Of a stretch of 64,000 bases of DNA, positions 23,406-34,900 are shown one piece after another. The position numbers and the translations under genes are program-made. This DNA comes from Eledone cirrhosa. Its lineage: Eukaryota. Each line of letters opens with the position of its first letter. The stretch's first letter is position 1. The stretch spans positions 13,888,001 to 13,952,000 of the forward strand of contig OZ024763.1 in NCBI GenBank assembly GCA_964016885.1, given 5' to 3'. The notes under the pieces were generated by a model, which searched no databases, was not told the DNA's origin, and was given only the letters and a program-made list of their open reading frames with translations.

Positions 23406-24445
23406 TGGAAGGAGAGAGAGAGAGAGAGAGAGAGAGAGGGATGGAAGGAGAGAGAGAGAGAGAGAGAGGGATGGAGAGAGGGATGTATAGAGAGAGAGAG
23501 GGATGGAAGGTGAGAGAGAGAGGGGGGGAGGGATGGAAGGAGAGAGGGAAGGATGGATAGAGAGAGGAAGAGGGATGGAGAGAGGGAGGGATGGAGAGAG
23601 AGGGGGTAGGAGAGAGAGAGAGGGATGGAGAGAGAGGGGGTAGGGATGGATGGATAGAGAGAGGAATGGAAGGAGAGAGAGAGAGAGAGGGGGATGGATG
23701 GAGAGAGAGGAATGGATGGAAGGAGAGAGAGAGAGAGAGATGGATGGATAGAGAGAGGAATGGAAGGAGAGAGAGAGATGGATGGATAGAGAGAGGAATG
23801 GAAGGAGAGAGAGAGATGGATGGATAGAGAGAGGAATGGAAGGAGAGAGAGAGGGGGATGGATAGAGAGAGGAATGGAAGGGGAGAGAGAGAGAGAGAGA
23901 GAGAGGGATGGAAGGAGAGAGAGAGAGAGGGGGATGGATAGAGAGAGAGAGGGAGAGGGATGGATAGAGAGAGAGAGAGAGAGAGGGATGTATATAGAGA
24001 GAGAGAGAGAGATGTATAGAGAGAGAGGGAGAGAGAGAGAGAGAGAGAGAGGGATGGAAGGTGAGAGAGGGATGGAAGGTGAGAGAGAGGAAAGGGATGG
24101 AAGGAGAGAGGGAGGAAAGGGATGGAAGGAGAGAGAGGGAGGAAAGGGATGGAAGGAGAGAGAGGGAGGAAAGGGATGGAAGGAGAGAGAGAGGGGGATG
24201 GATGGAGAGGGTGGGAGTAGGGATGGATGGATAGAGAGAGGAATGGAAGGAGAGAGAGAGAGAGGGTGATGGATGGAGAGGGATGGAAGGAGAGAGAGAG
24301 AGGGATGGATGGAGAGAGAGAGAGAGAGAGAGGGAGAGGGATTGAGAGAGGGATGGAGAGAGGGATGTATGTAGAGAGAGGGATGGATGGAGAGAGAGGG
24401 GGTAGGGATGGATGTAGAGTGAGAGGGATGGAGAGAGCTGAGAAA
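21550..24445 (+). repeat. 2.9 kb polypurine minisatellite built from (GA)n-GGGATGGAAG / GGATGGATAG units
   Basis: Seen directly; the + strand is nearly devoid of C. Confidence 0.97.
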
Positions 24446-24574
24446 TAGGAAAACATGTAAGACTTACTTTTTTGTGATGTCAAATAAAGTTTGACAGTAC
24501 TTTTAGATTTTACAATTATAGGAATGACTCGACATGATAACTACACAAGATAGAAAATATACAGAAACTAATAT

Positions 24575-24733
24575 AATTGTTTCTACTTTTGGCACAAGTC
24601 CAGCAATTACCCAGCGTATTACTGGTAATTTATTTTATCGACCCCGTAATGATGAAAGACAGTTAACCTCGGCCGGATTTGAACTCAGAATGGAAAGGGG
24701 CGTAATTCTATGCGTCAAAGCATGGCGTCCGAC
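24575..24733 (-). mobile_element. tRNA-derived SINE, 5'-truncated (copy 2: ~62,784-62,942)
   Basis: Same family as 14,903 and 34,710. Confidence 0.85.
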
Positions 24734-25200
24734 GGTGTAGTGTGGTGATATGTGTGGTGATGTGTATGTCGTGGTGTGTGCACATGGTGTATGAGTACAC
24801 GTGTGGAGTATGTGGTGTGTAACGAGGGTGTGGTGTAATTGTGTGTATGTGTGAGTGTTTAATGTGCTGTGTTAATGAGTGGACTGGAGTAAAAAGGAGT
24901 CACACAATCTTTAAAAGACCCTAAATTAACTTGCCCTAATTACTATATATACTCAAATAAAAAAGGGATCGGCTTATAATTGAGAAATAGGACAGAATCC
25001 AAACCCCATTTATAAGCCATGGTGGCTAATCAACAGACGACAGTTTTGAAATTCTCATGAGTGGAGAATATATTTATGAAGTTTTAATGTCATTTAGAGT
25101 ATAGTTTTTATTTCACTTCTTTATGTAATGAGTTACCATTTTCTGATTGATTTCAAGGTCATATTCATTAAAATCATCAAACATAATAGCAAATACAAAT

Positions 25201-28186
25201 TTCACCTCCAAATTGAAACTGGTGTAATATATCCACCACCAAAGTGAAACTGGTGTAATATATCCACCTCCAAAGTATAAACTGGTGTAATATTCCAAAG
25301 TGTAAACTGGTGTAATATTCCAAAGTGTAAACTGGTGTAATATTCCAAAGTGAAACTGGTGAAATATTCACCTCCAAAGTGAAACTGGTGTAATATATCC
25401 ACCACCAAAGTGAAACTGGTGTAATATATTCACCTGCAAAGTGAAACTGGTGTAATATATCCACATCCAAAGTGAAACTGGTGTAATATATTCACCTGCA
25501 AAGTGAAACTGGTGTAATATTCTAAAGTGAAACTGGTGTAATATTCACCTCCAAAGTGTAAACTGGTGTAATATTCCAAAGTGAAACTGGTGTAATATTC
25601 CAAAGTGAAACTGGTGTAATATATCCACCACTAAAGTGAAACTGGTGCAATATTCACCTGCAAAGTGAAACTGGTGTAATATATGCACATCCAAAGTGAA
25701 ACTGGTGCAATATTCACCAACAAAGTGAAACTGGTGTAATATTCCAAAGTGAAACTGGTGTAATATTCACCTCCAAAGTGTAAACTGGTGTAATATTCAC
25801 CTCCAAAGTGTAAACTGGTGTAATATTCCAAAGTGAAACTGGTGTAATATTCACCTCCAAAGTGTAAACTGGTGTAATATTCCAAAGTGAAACTGGTGTA
25901 ATATATCCACCACCAAAGTGAAACTGGTGTAATATATTCACCTGCAAAGTGAAACAGGTGTAATATATCCACATCCAAAGTGAAACTGGTGCAATATTCA
26001 CCTACAAAGTGAAACTGGTGTAATATTCCAAAGTGAAACTGGTGTAATATTCCAAAGTGAAACTGGTGTAATATTCCAAAGTGAAACTGGTGTAAAATTC
26101 ACCTCCAAAGTGTAAACTGGTGTAATAATCCAAAGTGAAACTGGTGTAATATATTCACCTGCAAAGTGAAACAGGTGTAATATATCCACATCCAAAGTGA
26201 AACTGGTGCAATATTCACCTACAAAGTGAAACTGGTGTAATATTCCAAAGTGAAACTGGTGTAATATTCCAAAGTGAAATTGGTGTAATATTCCAAAGTG
26301 AAACTGGTGTAATATTCATCTCTAAAGTGTAAACTGGTGTAATATTCACCTCCAAAGTGTAAACTGGTGTAATATTCCAAAGTGAAACTGGTATAATAAT
26401 CCAAAATGAAACTGGTGTAATATATCCACCACCAAAGTGAAACTGGTGTAATATATTCACCTGCAAAGAGAAACAGGTGTAATATATCCACATCCAAAGT
26501 GAAACTGGTGTAATATATCGACATCCAAACTGAAACTGGTGTAATATATTCACCTGCAAAGTGAAACTGGTGTAATATATTCACGTGCAAAGTGAAACTG
26601 GTGTAATATATTCACCTGCAAAGTGAAACTAGTGTAATATATCCAAAGTGAAACTGGTGTAATATTCTAAAGTGTAAACTGATGTAATATTCCAAAGTGA
26701 AACTGGTGTAATATATCCACCACCAAAGAGAAACTGGTGTAATATATCCACCTGCAAAGTGAAACTGGTGTAATATATCCACATCCAAACTGAAACTGGT
26801 GTAATATATTCACCTGCAAAGTGAAACTGGTGTAATATATCCACCTCCAAAGTGAAACTGGTGTAATATTCCAAAGTGAAACTGGTGTAATATTCACCAC
26901 CAAAGTGTAAACTGGTGTAATATTCCAAAGTGAAACTGGTGTAATATTCACCTCCAAAGTGTAAACTGGTGTAATATTCCAAAGTGAAACTGGTGTAATA
27001 TATCCACCACTAAATTGCAACTGGTGCAATATTCACCTGCAAAGTGAAACTGGTGTAATATATGCACATCCAAAGTGAAACTGGTGCAATATTCACCTAC
27101 AAAGTGAAACTGGTGTAATATTCCAAAGTGAAACTGGTGTAATATTCACCCCCAAAGTGTAAACTGGTGTAATATTCACCTCCAAAGTGTAAACTGGTGT
27201 AATATTCCAAAGTGAAACTGGTGTAATATTCACCTCCAAAGTGTAAACTGGTGTAATATTCCAAAGTGAAACTGGTGTAATATTCACCTCCAAAGTGTAA
27301 ACTGGTGTAATATTCCAAAGTGAAACTGGTGTAATATTCCAAAGTGAAACTGGTGAAATATTCACCTCCAAAGTGAAACTGGTTAATATATCCACCACCA
27401 AAGTGAAACTGGTGTAATATATCCACCACCAAAGTGAAACAGGTGTAATATATCCACATCCAAAGTGAAACTGGTGTAATATATCCACCTCCAAAGTGAA
27501 ACTGGTGCAATATTCACCTACAAAGTGAAACTGGTGTAATATTCCAAAGTGAAATTGTAATATTCCAATGTGAAACTGGTGTAATATTCACCTACAAAGT
27601 GAAACTGGTGTAATATTCACCTCCAAAGTGTAAACTGGTGTAATATTCCAAAGTGAAACTGGTGTAATATTCACCTCCAAAGTGTAAACTGGTGTAATAT
27701 TCCAAAGTGAAACTGGTGCAATATTCCAAAATGAAACTGGTGTAATATTCCAAAATGAAACTGGTGTAATATTCCAAAGTGAAACTGGTGTAATATTCCA
27801 AAGTGAAACTGGTGTAATATTCTAAAGTGAAACTGGAGTAATATTCACCTCCAAAGTGTAAACTGGTGTAATATTCCAAAGTGAAACTGGTGTAATATTC
27901 ACCTCCAAAGTGTAAAATGGTGTAATATTCTAAAGTGAAACTGGTGTAATATTCACCTCCAAAGTGTAAACTGGTGTAATATTGCAAAGTGAAACTGGTG
28001 TAATATATCCACCACCAAAGTGAAACTGGTGCAATATTCCAAAGTGAAACTGGTGTAATATTCACTCCCAAAGTGTAAACTGGTGTAATATTCCAAAGTG
28101 AAACTGGTGTAATATTCACCTCCAAAGTGAAACTGGTGTAATATTCACCTTCAAAGTGAAACTGGTGCAACATTCATCTCCAAAGA
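25201..28186 (+). repeat. 3 kb satellite, 24-31 bp units with core AAAGTG(T)AAACTGGTGTAATAT and short variable spacers (copy 2 starts at 63,410)
   Basis: On the order of 100 units; spacers include TCC, TCACCTCC, ATCCACCACC, ATTCACCTGC and ATCCACATCC. Confidence 0.97.
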
Positions 28187-28537
28187 GAAAATATTATAGC
28201 ACCTCATTTACATATAATTTTTAAGTTGGTGAAATCAAAATATTGACCTCGAAGACAAGTCCTCCTCCCTATTTTACCATCAATATTTTGTCTCATTTAT
28301 CGACATATATACAAGTATATACAATATTTACTTTACATAAATCATCAAAAGATTTGCTATTTATGTAAACAGAATTATCCGAAACTAAATCTAATAAAAT
28401 TTCTTTTAATTAAATTTAAGAAAAAAAAAATAGTTTGAAAGAAAACTAGAGATCACTGCTCCGACCAAGGTGTAGGAGTCACTGATTTTGACCAAGGTGT
28501 AGGGGTCACGACATACAAAATAAACAGTACTCACTGT

Positions 28538-28692
28538 AAATGTGGTTAGCGTTTGGAAAGGCTTCCAGCTGTTAAAGCGAAGCCAAGATCAGTTCTGTAT
28601 GAGCAAGACATGGTCACCTGACCTGGCTTTGCCCACAATAGGACAACTCGTCTAACCCATGCAAGCGTAGAAAAATGGACATTAAATTGTGA
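28538..28692 (+). mobile_element. 3' part of a second SINE family with an RTE-like tail
   Basis: GGTTAGCGTTTGGAAAGGCTTCCAGCTGT...CGTCTAACCCATGCAAGCGTAGAAAAATGGACATTAAA; the tail resembles the 3' end of the RTE at ~29,378-29,413. Confidence 0.65.
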
Positions 28693-28720
28693 TTATATAT
28701 ATATATATATATATATATAT

Positions 28721-28764
<44 letters not shown>

Positions 28765-28950
28765 TCTCGGGTTCAATCGAGGGGGAAACCACAGTAGGTA
28801 AAGTACTCAATACATTAGTAGAGTATATACAAAATATAATATAGAAATAGCTTCTACAGGACTAGGAATATTTCATTCGAAGGAAATCATTAGGAAAGCC
28901 CCGATTTCCTTGAAATGAAAGTTCTAGTCCTGTAGAAGTCATTTCTATAT
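28765..28950. mobile_element. Short hairpin element, inverted relative to 3091-3280
   Basis: CGGGTTCAATCG...ACCACAGTAGGTAAAGTACTC tail plus CTTCTACAGGACTAG...CTAGTCCTGTAGAAG inverted repeat. Confidence 0.7.
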
Positions 28951-28954
28951 CATT

Positions 28955-29415
28955 CTGTTGACAAAGGGTTTCTCCCTACGAACGAAAATCCAGTTATATG
29001 ATGCCTGTGTGAGATGGGCAGCAACTGCGGAGGATATGCGACGGCTGGAGAGAAATGAATCAAGCATGCTCCGTTGGATGTGCAATGTCAATGTGTGTGA
29101 ACGACCAAGTATAGACGAGTTGAAAAAGAAACTGGGAATAAGAGGGATAAGTTGTGGTGTGCAGGAGAGAAGACTGCGATGGTATGGACATGTGATGCGC
29201 ATGGAGGATGACCGCTGGGTAAAGAAGTGCCAAGAAATCCCAGTAGAAGGAAGATGCAGTAGAGGAAGACCACGAAAATCATGGGCAGGAGTGGTGAGAG
29301 CTGACCTCAGATCGCTGAAACTCACAGATGACGACGAAGGACAGTGACGATGGAGAGATGCTGTGCTGAATAGGACCCGTCCCACCCTTGCAAGCAGGAA
29401 AACTCAGACGTATGA
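28955..29415 (+). mobile_element. 5'-truncated RTE-clade LINE (ORF C-terminus and 3' end)
   Basis: SLRTKIQLYDACVR..W...RRLERNESSMLRWMC...ERRLRWYGHVMRM...EGRCSRGRPRKSW: classic RTE C-terminal motifs; the LYGSET segment is deleted; ends in (TA)n. Confidence 0.92.
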
Positions 29416-29417
29416 AA

Positions 29418-29504
<87 letters not shown>

Positions 29505-29785
29505 AGAATCAAATATACTACTTGACCAATATACTAATATGTATAGATAATATAGATATAACAAACCTGTTGGTATAAACATCAACACTGGTAGACTCCT
29601 TCAGTACAGGAGAGGGGCAGATGATACTCCTGGCTTGTGTTTGATCAATAGCATCACTCCTTCCCTCTGACACATAAATTTCTATTTGGTAGTGACCAGT
29701 TGTTTCCTCCTACTAAGAAAGAAATACCACCAGGGGTCAGAAGGTTAATTTATGAGTTTTATTTATTTAGTTTATGTATCATATA

Positions 29786-29864
29786 CAGGGTGTCCCCAAA
29801 AAATGTATACACGCTTCAACAATATTCTTATAAATATGTGTATGCATTTTAGGGGGTAACCCTT
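29786..29864. mobile_element. Tc1/mariner-type MITE
   Basis: TA|CAGGGTGTCCCCAAAAAATGTATACAC...GTGTATGCATTTTAGGGGGTAACCCTT|TA imperfect TIRs. Confidence 0.7.
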
Positions 29865-30168
29865 TATTTGTGGCTGAATTTTTGTGGTGGTGGTGGAAGG
29901 TTATTGTAGCTGAGGGAAGGAAGGAAGGGAGGGAGAATGTAGATTGTGTGTGTGTTGACTGTGCGTGCGTATGTGTGTAAGTAGAAGAGAGAGAGAACCT
30001 GAGATGGGAGAGACACATACATGTATGTGTGTCTCCCATCTCACGTTCTCTCTCCCTTCTACTTGCACATGTGTATGTGTGTGTGTACCCCAACTCTTGG
30101 AGGAGTCGGGGCGCCATAAAGATGTAGAGTGTGCCTTGGGCATTTATAAACCTGGTGGAGCCCATCTC

Positions 30169-30171
<3 letters not shown>

Positions 30172-30252
<81 letters not shown>
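30172..30252. repeat. (GA)n microsatellite
   Basis: Seen directly. Confidence 0.97.
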
Positions 30253-30256
<4 letters not shown>

Positions 30257-30277
30257 AGAACACATACGCATGTTTAA

Positions 30278-30496
30278 CCCTTTAGCATTTAAACCGGCCA
30301 TATCTGGCCAGAATTCTCTCACTTCTTTCTGTTCAAACCGACCGTAGCTAGCCACACATACTGATGTTAAGGTATTGTTTTCAACGTAAATAATATCATC
30401 ATCAAAATCTCAGATTCGATGTGAATAATTATGTGAGATCAAGTCTTTACTGTGAAAATACAATAGTAGATATAGAGTAATGTGAATGCTAAAGTG
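30278..30496. mobile_element. piggyBac-type MITE
   Basis: TTAA|CCCTTTAGCATT...AATGCTAAAGTG|TTAA. Confidence 0.85.
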
Positions 30497-30889
30497 TTAA
30501 ATACACACAAACACACACAAACATATACACAGCCTTAATATAAACCAACAATACTTACCATAGATATACAGTGTTGTTTACCATCTCCGGTCAGTTTAAA
30601 CTGGAGATGGTAGACAGCCAGACCAATCTCAGAGATAATATTTACGTTTATGTTGACAGAGGGCAAATGGGTGGGTATTGGTGTGGTCAGCCAGAACAAT
30701 GACGTCCCCTTCTTCTGTAAGGTTGCCAGGACGGGACTGGGTCACTACAAAATCAAAACAATATTTGTTATATGAACAGTGTGTGTGAGTAGGGGGGTAA
30801 TTTTTTGTGTGGGGGTTAATTTAGAGAATATAGGGTTAACATCAACAATGTGGAGGTAATATGGCTAACATGAAGAGTGTGGTGTGTGT

Positions 30890-31218
30890 GTATGTGGGGG
30901 GCTAACATGAAGAGTGCGGTGGCGGGGGGGGGGGGGTAAACATGGCGAGAGTGTGGTGGGGGGCAAACATGGCGAGTGTGTGATGGGGGGCAAACATGGC
31001 GAAAGTGTGTGATGGGGGGACAAACATGGCGTGAGTGTGATGGGGGGACAAACATGGCGAGAGTGTGTGTGTGGGGGGACAAACATGGCGAGAGAGTGTG
31101 TGTGTGGGGGGACAAACATGGCGAGAGAGTGTGTGTGTGGGGGGACAAACATGGCGAGAGTGTGTGTGTGGGGGGACAAACATGGCGAGAGAGTGTGTGT
31201 GTGGGGGCTAACATGGAG
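30890..31218 (+). repeat. G-rich minisatellite, ~24-32 bp unit GGGGGACAAACATGGCGAGA(GT)n
   Basis: About nine AAACATGGCG units plus degenerate flanking units. Confidence 0.95.
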
Positions 31219-31284
31219 ATAGTGTGGGGGCTTTTGAACAGGAGGGGATATAGTATGCGTGTAGTTGTAGAAGGGTAACGTGTG

Positions 31285-31321
<37 letters not shown>

Positions 31322-31541
31322 GGGCACGTGGCCTAGTGGTAAGGGTCTTGGACTTACAATCATAACATCGTGGGTTCGATTCCTGGGTTCTGTGTTGTGT
31401 TCTTGAGCAAAACACTTCATTTCACGTTGCTCCAGTAAACTCAGCTGAAAATGAGTACCAACAATAGATGGAGGTTTAACCCTGCGATGGACTGGCACCC
31501 TGTCCAAGGTGGTGTCTTGTACTCTCAGTCGCTTCATGCCA
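31322..31541 (+). mobile_element. tRNA-derived SINE with CORE-like and V-domain-like segments
   Basis: A-box TGGCCTAGTGG, B-box GGTTCGATTCC, TGTGTTCTTGAGCAAAACACTTCA (CORE-like), CCCTGCGATGGACTGGCACCCTGTCCA (V-like). Domain names are from recall. Confidence 0.85.
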
Positions 31542-31865
31542 TAATGCATTGAAAATCTAAGTCGTTTAACTACAGAGGTACAACGTCAAACCATTCTAGC
31601 CCATTACTATAAAAAGTTATTTCAAAAATAAATAGATGATAAATAGAAAAAGAGAAATGGGGAATACATATACATACACAAATATATATATATATATATT
31701 TATTTATTAAAATAACAGATTAAAGTTTAAGCAAAGAATCGCTGCTTTCACCCTTAACGGGATCTGTTATTTTAATAAATATTTGCTCTACGGTTCTTAT
31801 ATATTTGATATATATTCATCCTTATCGAGCCCTCTTTGGATTTTAGTCTTCAAATTTATTATTAT

Positions 31866-31906
<41 letters not shown>

Positions 31907-31969
31907 AGTGAGTTTTATTATTTATGGAAATATAATAATATCCCCCACCCCTATATATATATATATATA

Positions 31970-32109
31970 TAGGGGTGGGGGATATTATTATATTGCCAGA
32001 AATAATAAAACTCACTTTTTGGTTTGGGTTGGATTTCACTTCCATATATTTTATATCTATCCCTATAGTTAATTTAACTAGCAATCAATGTTTTATTGAT
32101 TGACCAACA

Positions 32110-32148
<39 letters not shown>

Positions 32149-32730
32149 CCAGAGTTCTTTCGTCACACACCTGTGACATCAGTGATACTATTGTTTCTTC
32201 CTGTTGTATTGTAATGATGGTACAACAACCAATCAAAGGCCATAAGAAAGATTAAAGTGGTAGAAAAGCCAGGATCTACTATAAAATCCCTGAATTAGGG
32301 AAGCAACTGAAATAGAACCAAGAAAACCGAAGTAGAACAGAAAACTTGAATGGAACAACAACAACCATACAAATACACACTAGTGACCAAAGATAGAATA
32401 CAAACACGAACACAAACCAAACAGAAAACGCGCATAGAAACACATTCGGAAATCGAGACAAATAAATAAACAATTGAATAAGTAAACATTACAATACAAC
32501 GGGAGGAAACAATAATATCACTGATGATGTCACAAGTGTGTGATGAAAGAATTCAGACTATAAATAAATATATATATATATAAACAGTTGGTCAATCAAT
32601 GATAAACATTGATTGCCAGCTAAATTAACTATAGGGATGTAGAATATACGGAAGCCAAAACCAACCCAACCCAAACTGTTTTATTATATATTTCTAGCAA
32701 TACTATAACAATATGACCCTCCCCAAATAT
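31970..32730. mobile_element. Penelope-like insertion with inverted pseudo-LTRs, each carrying a minimal hammerhead motif
   Basis: ~31,970-32,216 pairs with ~32,487-32,730. CTGATGA-TGTCACA-AGTG-TGTGAT-GAAAGAATTC at 32,521. The spacer encodes IRKIKVVEKPGSTIKSL, resembling the PLE RT/GIY-YIG linker. Confidence 0.65.
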
Positions 32731-32946
32731 AATTTGTTTCGACATGCGATTTCATATAAAAAAACGTTGCAAACAAATTAATTCGGATCTAGCTGTCGAA
32801 ACATCTAGCTTCTGTGTTTTTTTTTCTTTTGTTTTTCCTTTCCCTTTCCTTTATATTATATTATATTATATTATATATTTGTTTGTGCTTTCGTTCTGTA
32901 AATATTGTATTATATTTCTTTTTATAAGAAATATAATACAATTTTA

Positions 32947-33137
32947 AGGGCAGTAGATTGGCAGTATCAGTAGAGAGTCGGACACCATGCTTTGCAGCAA
33001 AGAGTCACGGCCCTTTACGCTCTCAGTTCAAATCCCGCTGAGGTTAACTTTACCTTTCATCCTTACGGGGTCGATAAAATAAAGTACCAGTCATGCACTG
33101 GGATAATTGCTGGCCTTGTGCCAAAAGTAGAAACAAT
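32947..33137 (+). mobile_element. Full-length tRNA-derived SINE
   Basis: Same family as 34,710; B-box CAGTTCAAATCC, core CTTTCATCCTTACGGGGTCGATAAAATAAAGTACCAG. Confidence 0.9.
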
Positions 33138-34321
33138 GATATTTCTTTTTATACAAAATAAAATTTAAATCATCTATAATACTTAGATACAACAATACAA
33201 TAAAAATATTGCAAATGAGAGGTGTCATTTACCTTTAATCTCACCTCTTCCCATTAGATCTATATTTTTCTTCTGGAATACTGTATTAACATTTATATTT
33301 TCATGTCTATATTATTAAGTATTAAGGTTGTTATATAATATTTAGAGTACAGTCTACAGACAAGGGGAAGTAGGGAAGGGATAATTATTTAAAAACTGAT
33401 CTCTCAACTCCATCTTTATTTAGCTTACCCCAGGGTTTCCCAACCTGGGCGATTTCATATATACGGACACACATATATTCATTAAATAATAGCCCTTCTT
33501 TAATATTTAACTCTGCACCTTAAGCATTGAGCACACCTCGCTTCGGCTATTGGCGTCTAGTATACTGTACCACACTTTTTTGTCTCCTCTTTTCTTATGA
33601 TACATATCTTCTCTTTAATATATATATATATTTATATATATATACACACATACATGCATAAACACTTCTATGCAAATACTCATACAGATATATTAAAAGC
33701 ACATATATACCAGCATAATAACGATTGACAAACCATCAGGACACATGCTTGCTCGTGTGAAAACCGAACTTGCTACTCTACGTACACTGACGGAAACAGA
33801 TATGTACATAAACACACAAATAGAACTGGTATGACTTATATAGGTACATCAAAGATTTTGTTCCAATATTGAACCATTCGAGGTAGTTAGAACGAAGTAG
33901 CAGTGTAGTACTGGGGTCAATTCTTCTATATCTCTTTCTTAATTCCTTTCTCTCACTCTATATCCGTCTCAGGAAAACATAACCTATCTGGGGTAGAGAT
34001 CGGATCTGTCACCTTATACAAAATGCCCCGAAGACCCCGAATGTCAACTCCCTCACAAGTTATAGGTCCCTACATACGTACATAGAAACATCAGAGATAT
34101 CTTTTATATCTTTCACTCGATAATGCTAGACAAGTATTCCGTGAGTCAGAAAGGAATGTTTGCGATATGACGAGAGAACCTCTCTGAATAAATATTACAT
34201 AGTTCAGATGCTACGTAAAGCAGGCGGCGACAACATCGAAGACCAGAGATGCCATGTGGAAATGGACATCGACATAACACACATAGGGTTACCTTATAAT
34301 CATAGACATTTGGGCTTATGA

Positions 34322-34352
<31 letters not shown>

Positions 34353-34614
34353 TATATACGGGTGCACAGGTGTACGGAGTTCTCATGTCGCCACTAAGGA
34401 TTCCGCCAGATGTCCCGTCACACATCTCTACACCTTCCATTAAATGTTGATTAGTAAATATATAGTAAGTATATATCACATGTAAGAGGGAAAGCCATAG
34501 CAAGTGTTGAGGATAAGAGACGTGTGGAATTAATAATAAAAATATTGTTAAAATTATTAATAGTAGTAGTTGTCACAATAAAGTGGGGAGGACAACATTA
34601 TTATAAATAGTTAT

Positions 34615-34900
34615 AATTGTTTCTACTTTAGGCACAAGGCCAGCAATTAACCAGTACATTACTGGTACTTTATTTTATCGACCCCGTCAGGATGAAAGGC
34701 GTTGTTTAGAGGGCGGTGGATTGGCAGTATCAGTAGAGGGTCGGACGCCATGCTTTGACGTATAGAGTTACGGCCCTTGCCATTCTGAGTTCAAATCCCG
34801 CCGAGGTTAACTTTGCCTTTCATCCTTACAGGGTCGATAAAAGAAAGTACCAGTAATGTACTGGGTAATTGCTGGCCTTGTGCCAAACGTAGAAACAATT
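34615..34900. mobile_element. Composite SINE insertion: inverted 3' half (34,615-34,700, minus) plus full SINE (34,710-34,900, plus) within one TSD
   Basis: Flanked by ATTATTATAAATAGTTATA / ATTATTATAAATACTTATA; the paralogue at ~3528-3545 has the empty site. Confidence 0.85.

Larger units (their letters stand above)
1..25770 (+). repeat. Copy 1 of a ~36.7 kb near-identical tandem segmental duplication (portion visible twice)
   Basis: Position 1 GATTTATATACACACCAAGG recurs at 36,733. Identical ORFs recur at offsets 36,732/36,727/36,729/36,772, then 38,209 after the GA tract. About a dozen substitutions seen in ~20 kb, plus microsatellite length changes. Confidence 0.97.
29567..30744 (-). pseudogene. 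Candidate decayed multi-exon gene or spliced ncRNA (exon-like islands 30,559-30,744; ~30,087-30,166; ~29,862-29,910; 29,567-29,709)
   Basis: Minus-strand acceptors TTTTGATTTTGTAG, (CT)nGAAG, CCTTCCCTCAG and TTTCTTTCTTAG; donors ATG/GTAAGT and CAG/GTTTGT. The translation HPFAL...YYL*DW...KLTG resembles a YWTD repeat. Confidence 0.4.

Noticed and set aside
21505-24483. 992 aa ORF (and the 1466 aa ORF at 58,280-62,680; 226-237 aa ORFs at ~20.1 and ~56.9 kb)
   Set aside because: S/L/P translation of a CT-rich strand that rarely forms stop codons; the length differs freely between the two copies.
24940-25200. Possible Tc2/pogo-type end (TACTATATATACTCAAATAA...; MFDDFNEYDLEINQKM)
   Set aside because: No matching second TIR was found and the similarity is too weak to call.
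25113-28173. Repetitive ORFs (EYYTSFTL...) as a repeat protein or C2H2 zinc-finger array
   Set aside because: Unit lengths of 24-31 bp keep shifting the frame, and there is no CxxC/HxxxH periodicity.
25201-28186. CRISPR-like look of constant repeat plus variable spacer
   Set aside because: The spacers are only 3-10 bp and are reused, the context is eukaryotic, and there are no cas genes.
28958-29347. 129 aa ORF as a host gene
   Set aside because: It is an RTE retrotransposon C-terminus with an internal deletion and no ATG start.
30577-30615. Short hairpin TACCATCTCCGGT...ACTGGAGATGGTA as a miRNA precursor
   Set aside because: The stem is only ~15 bp, too short for a pre-miRNA.
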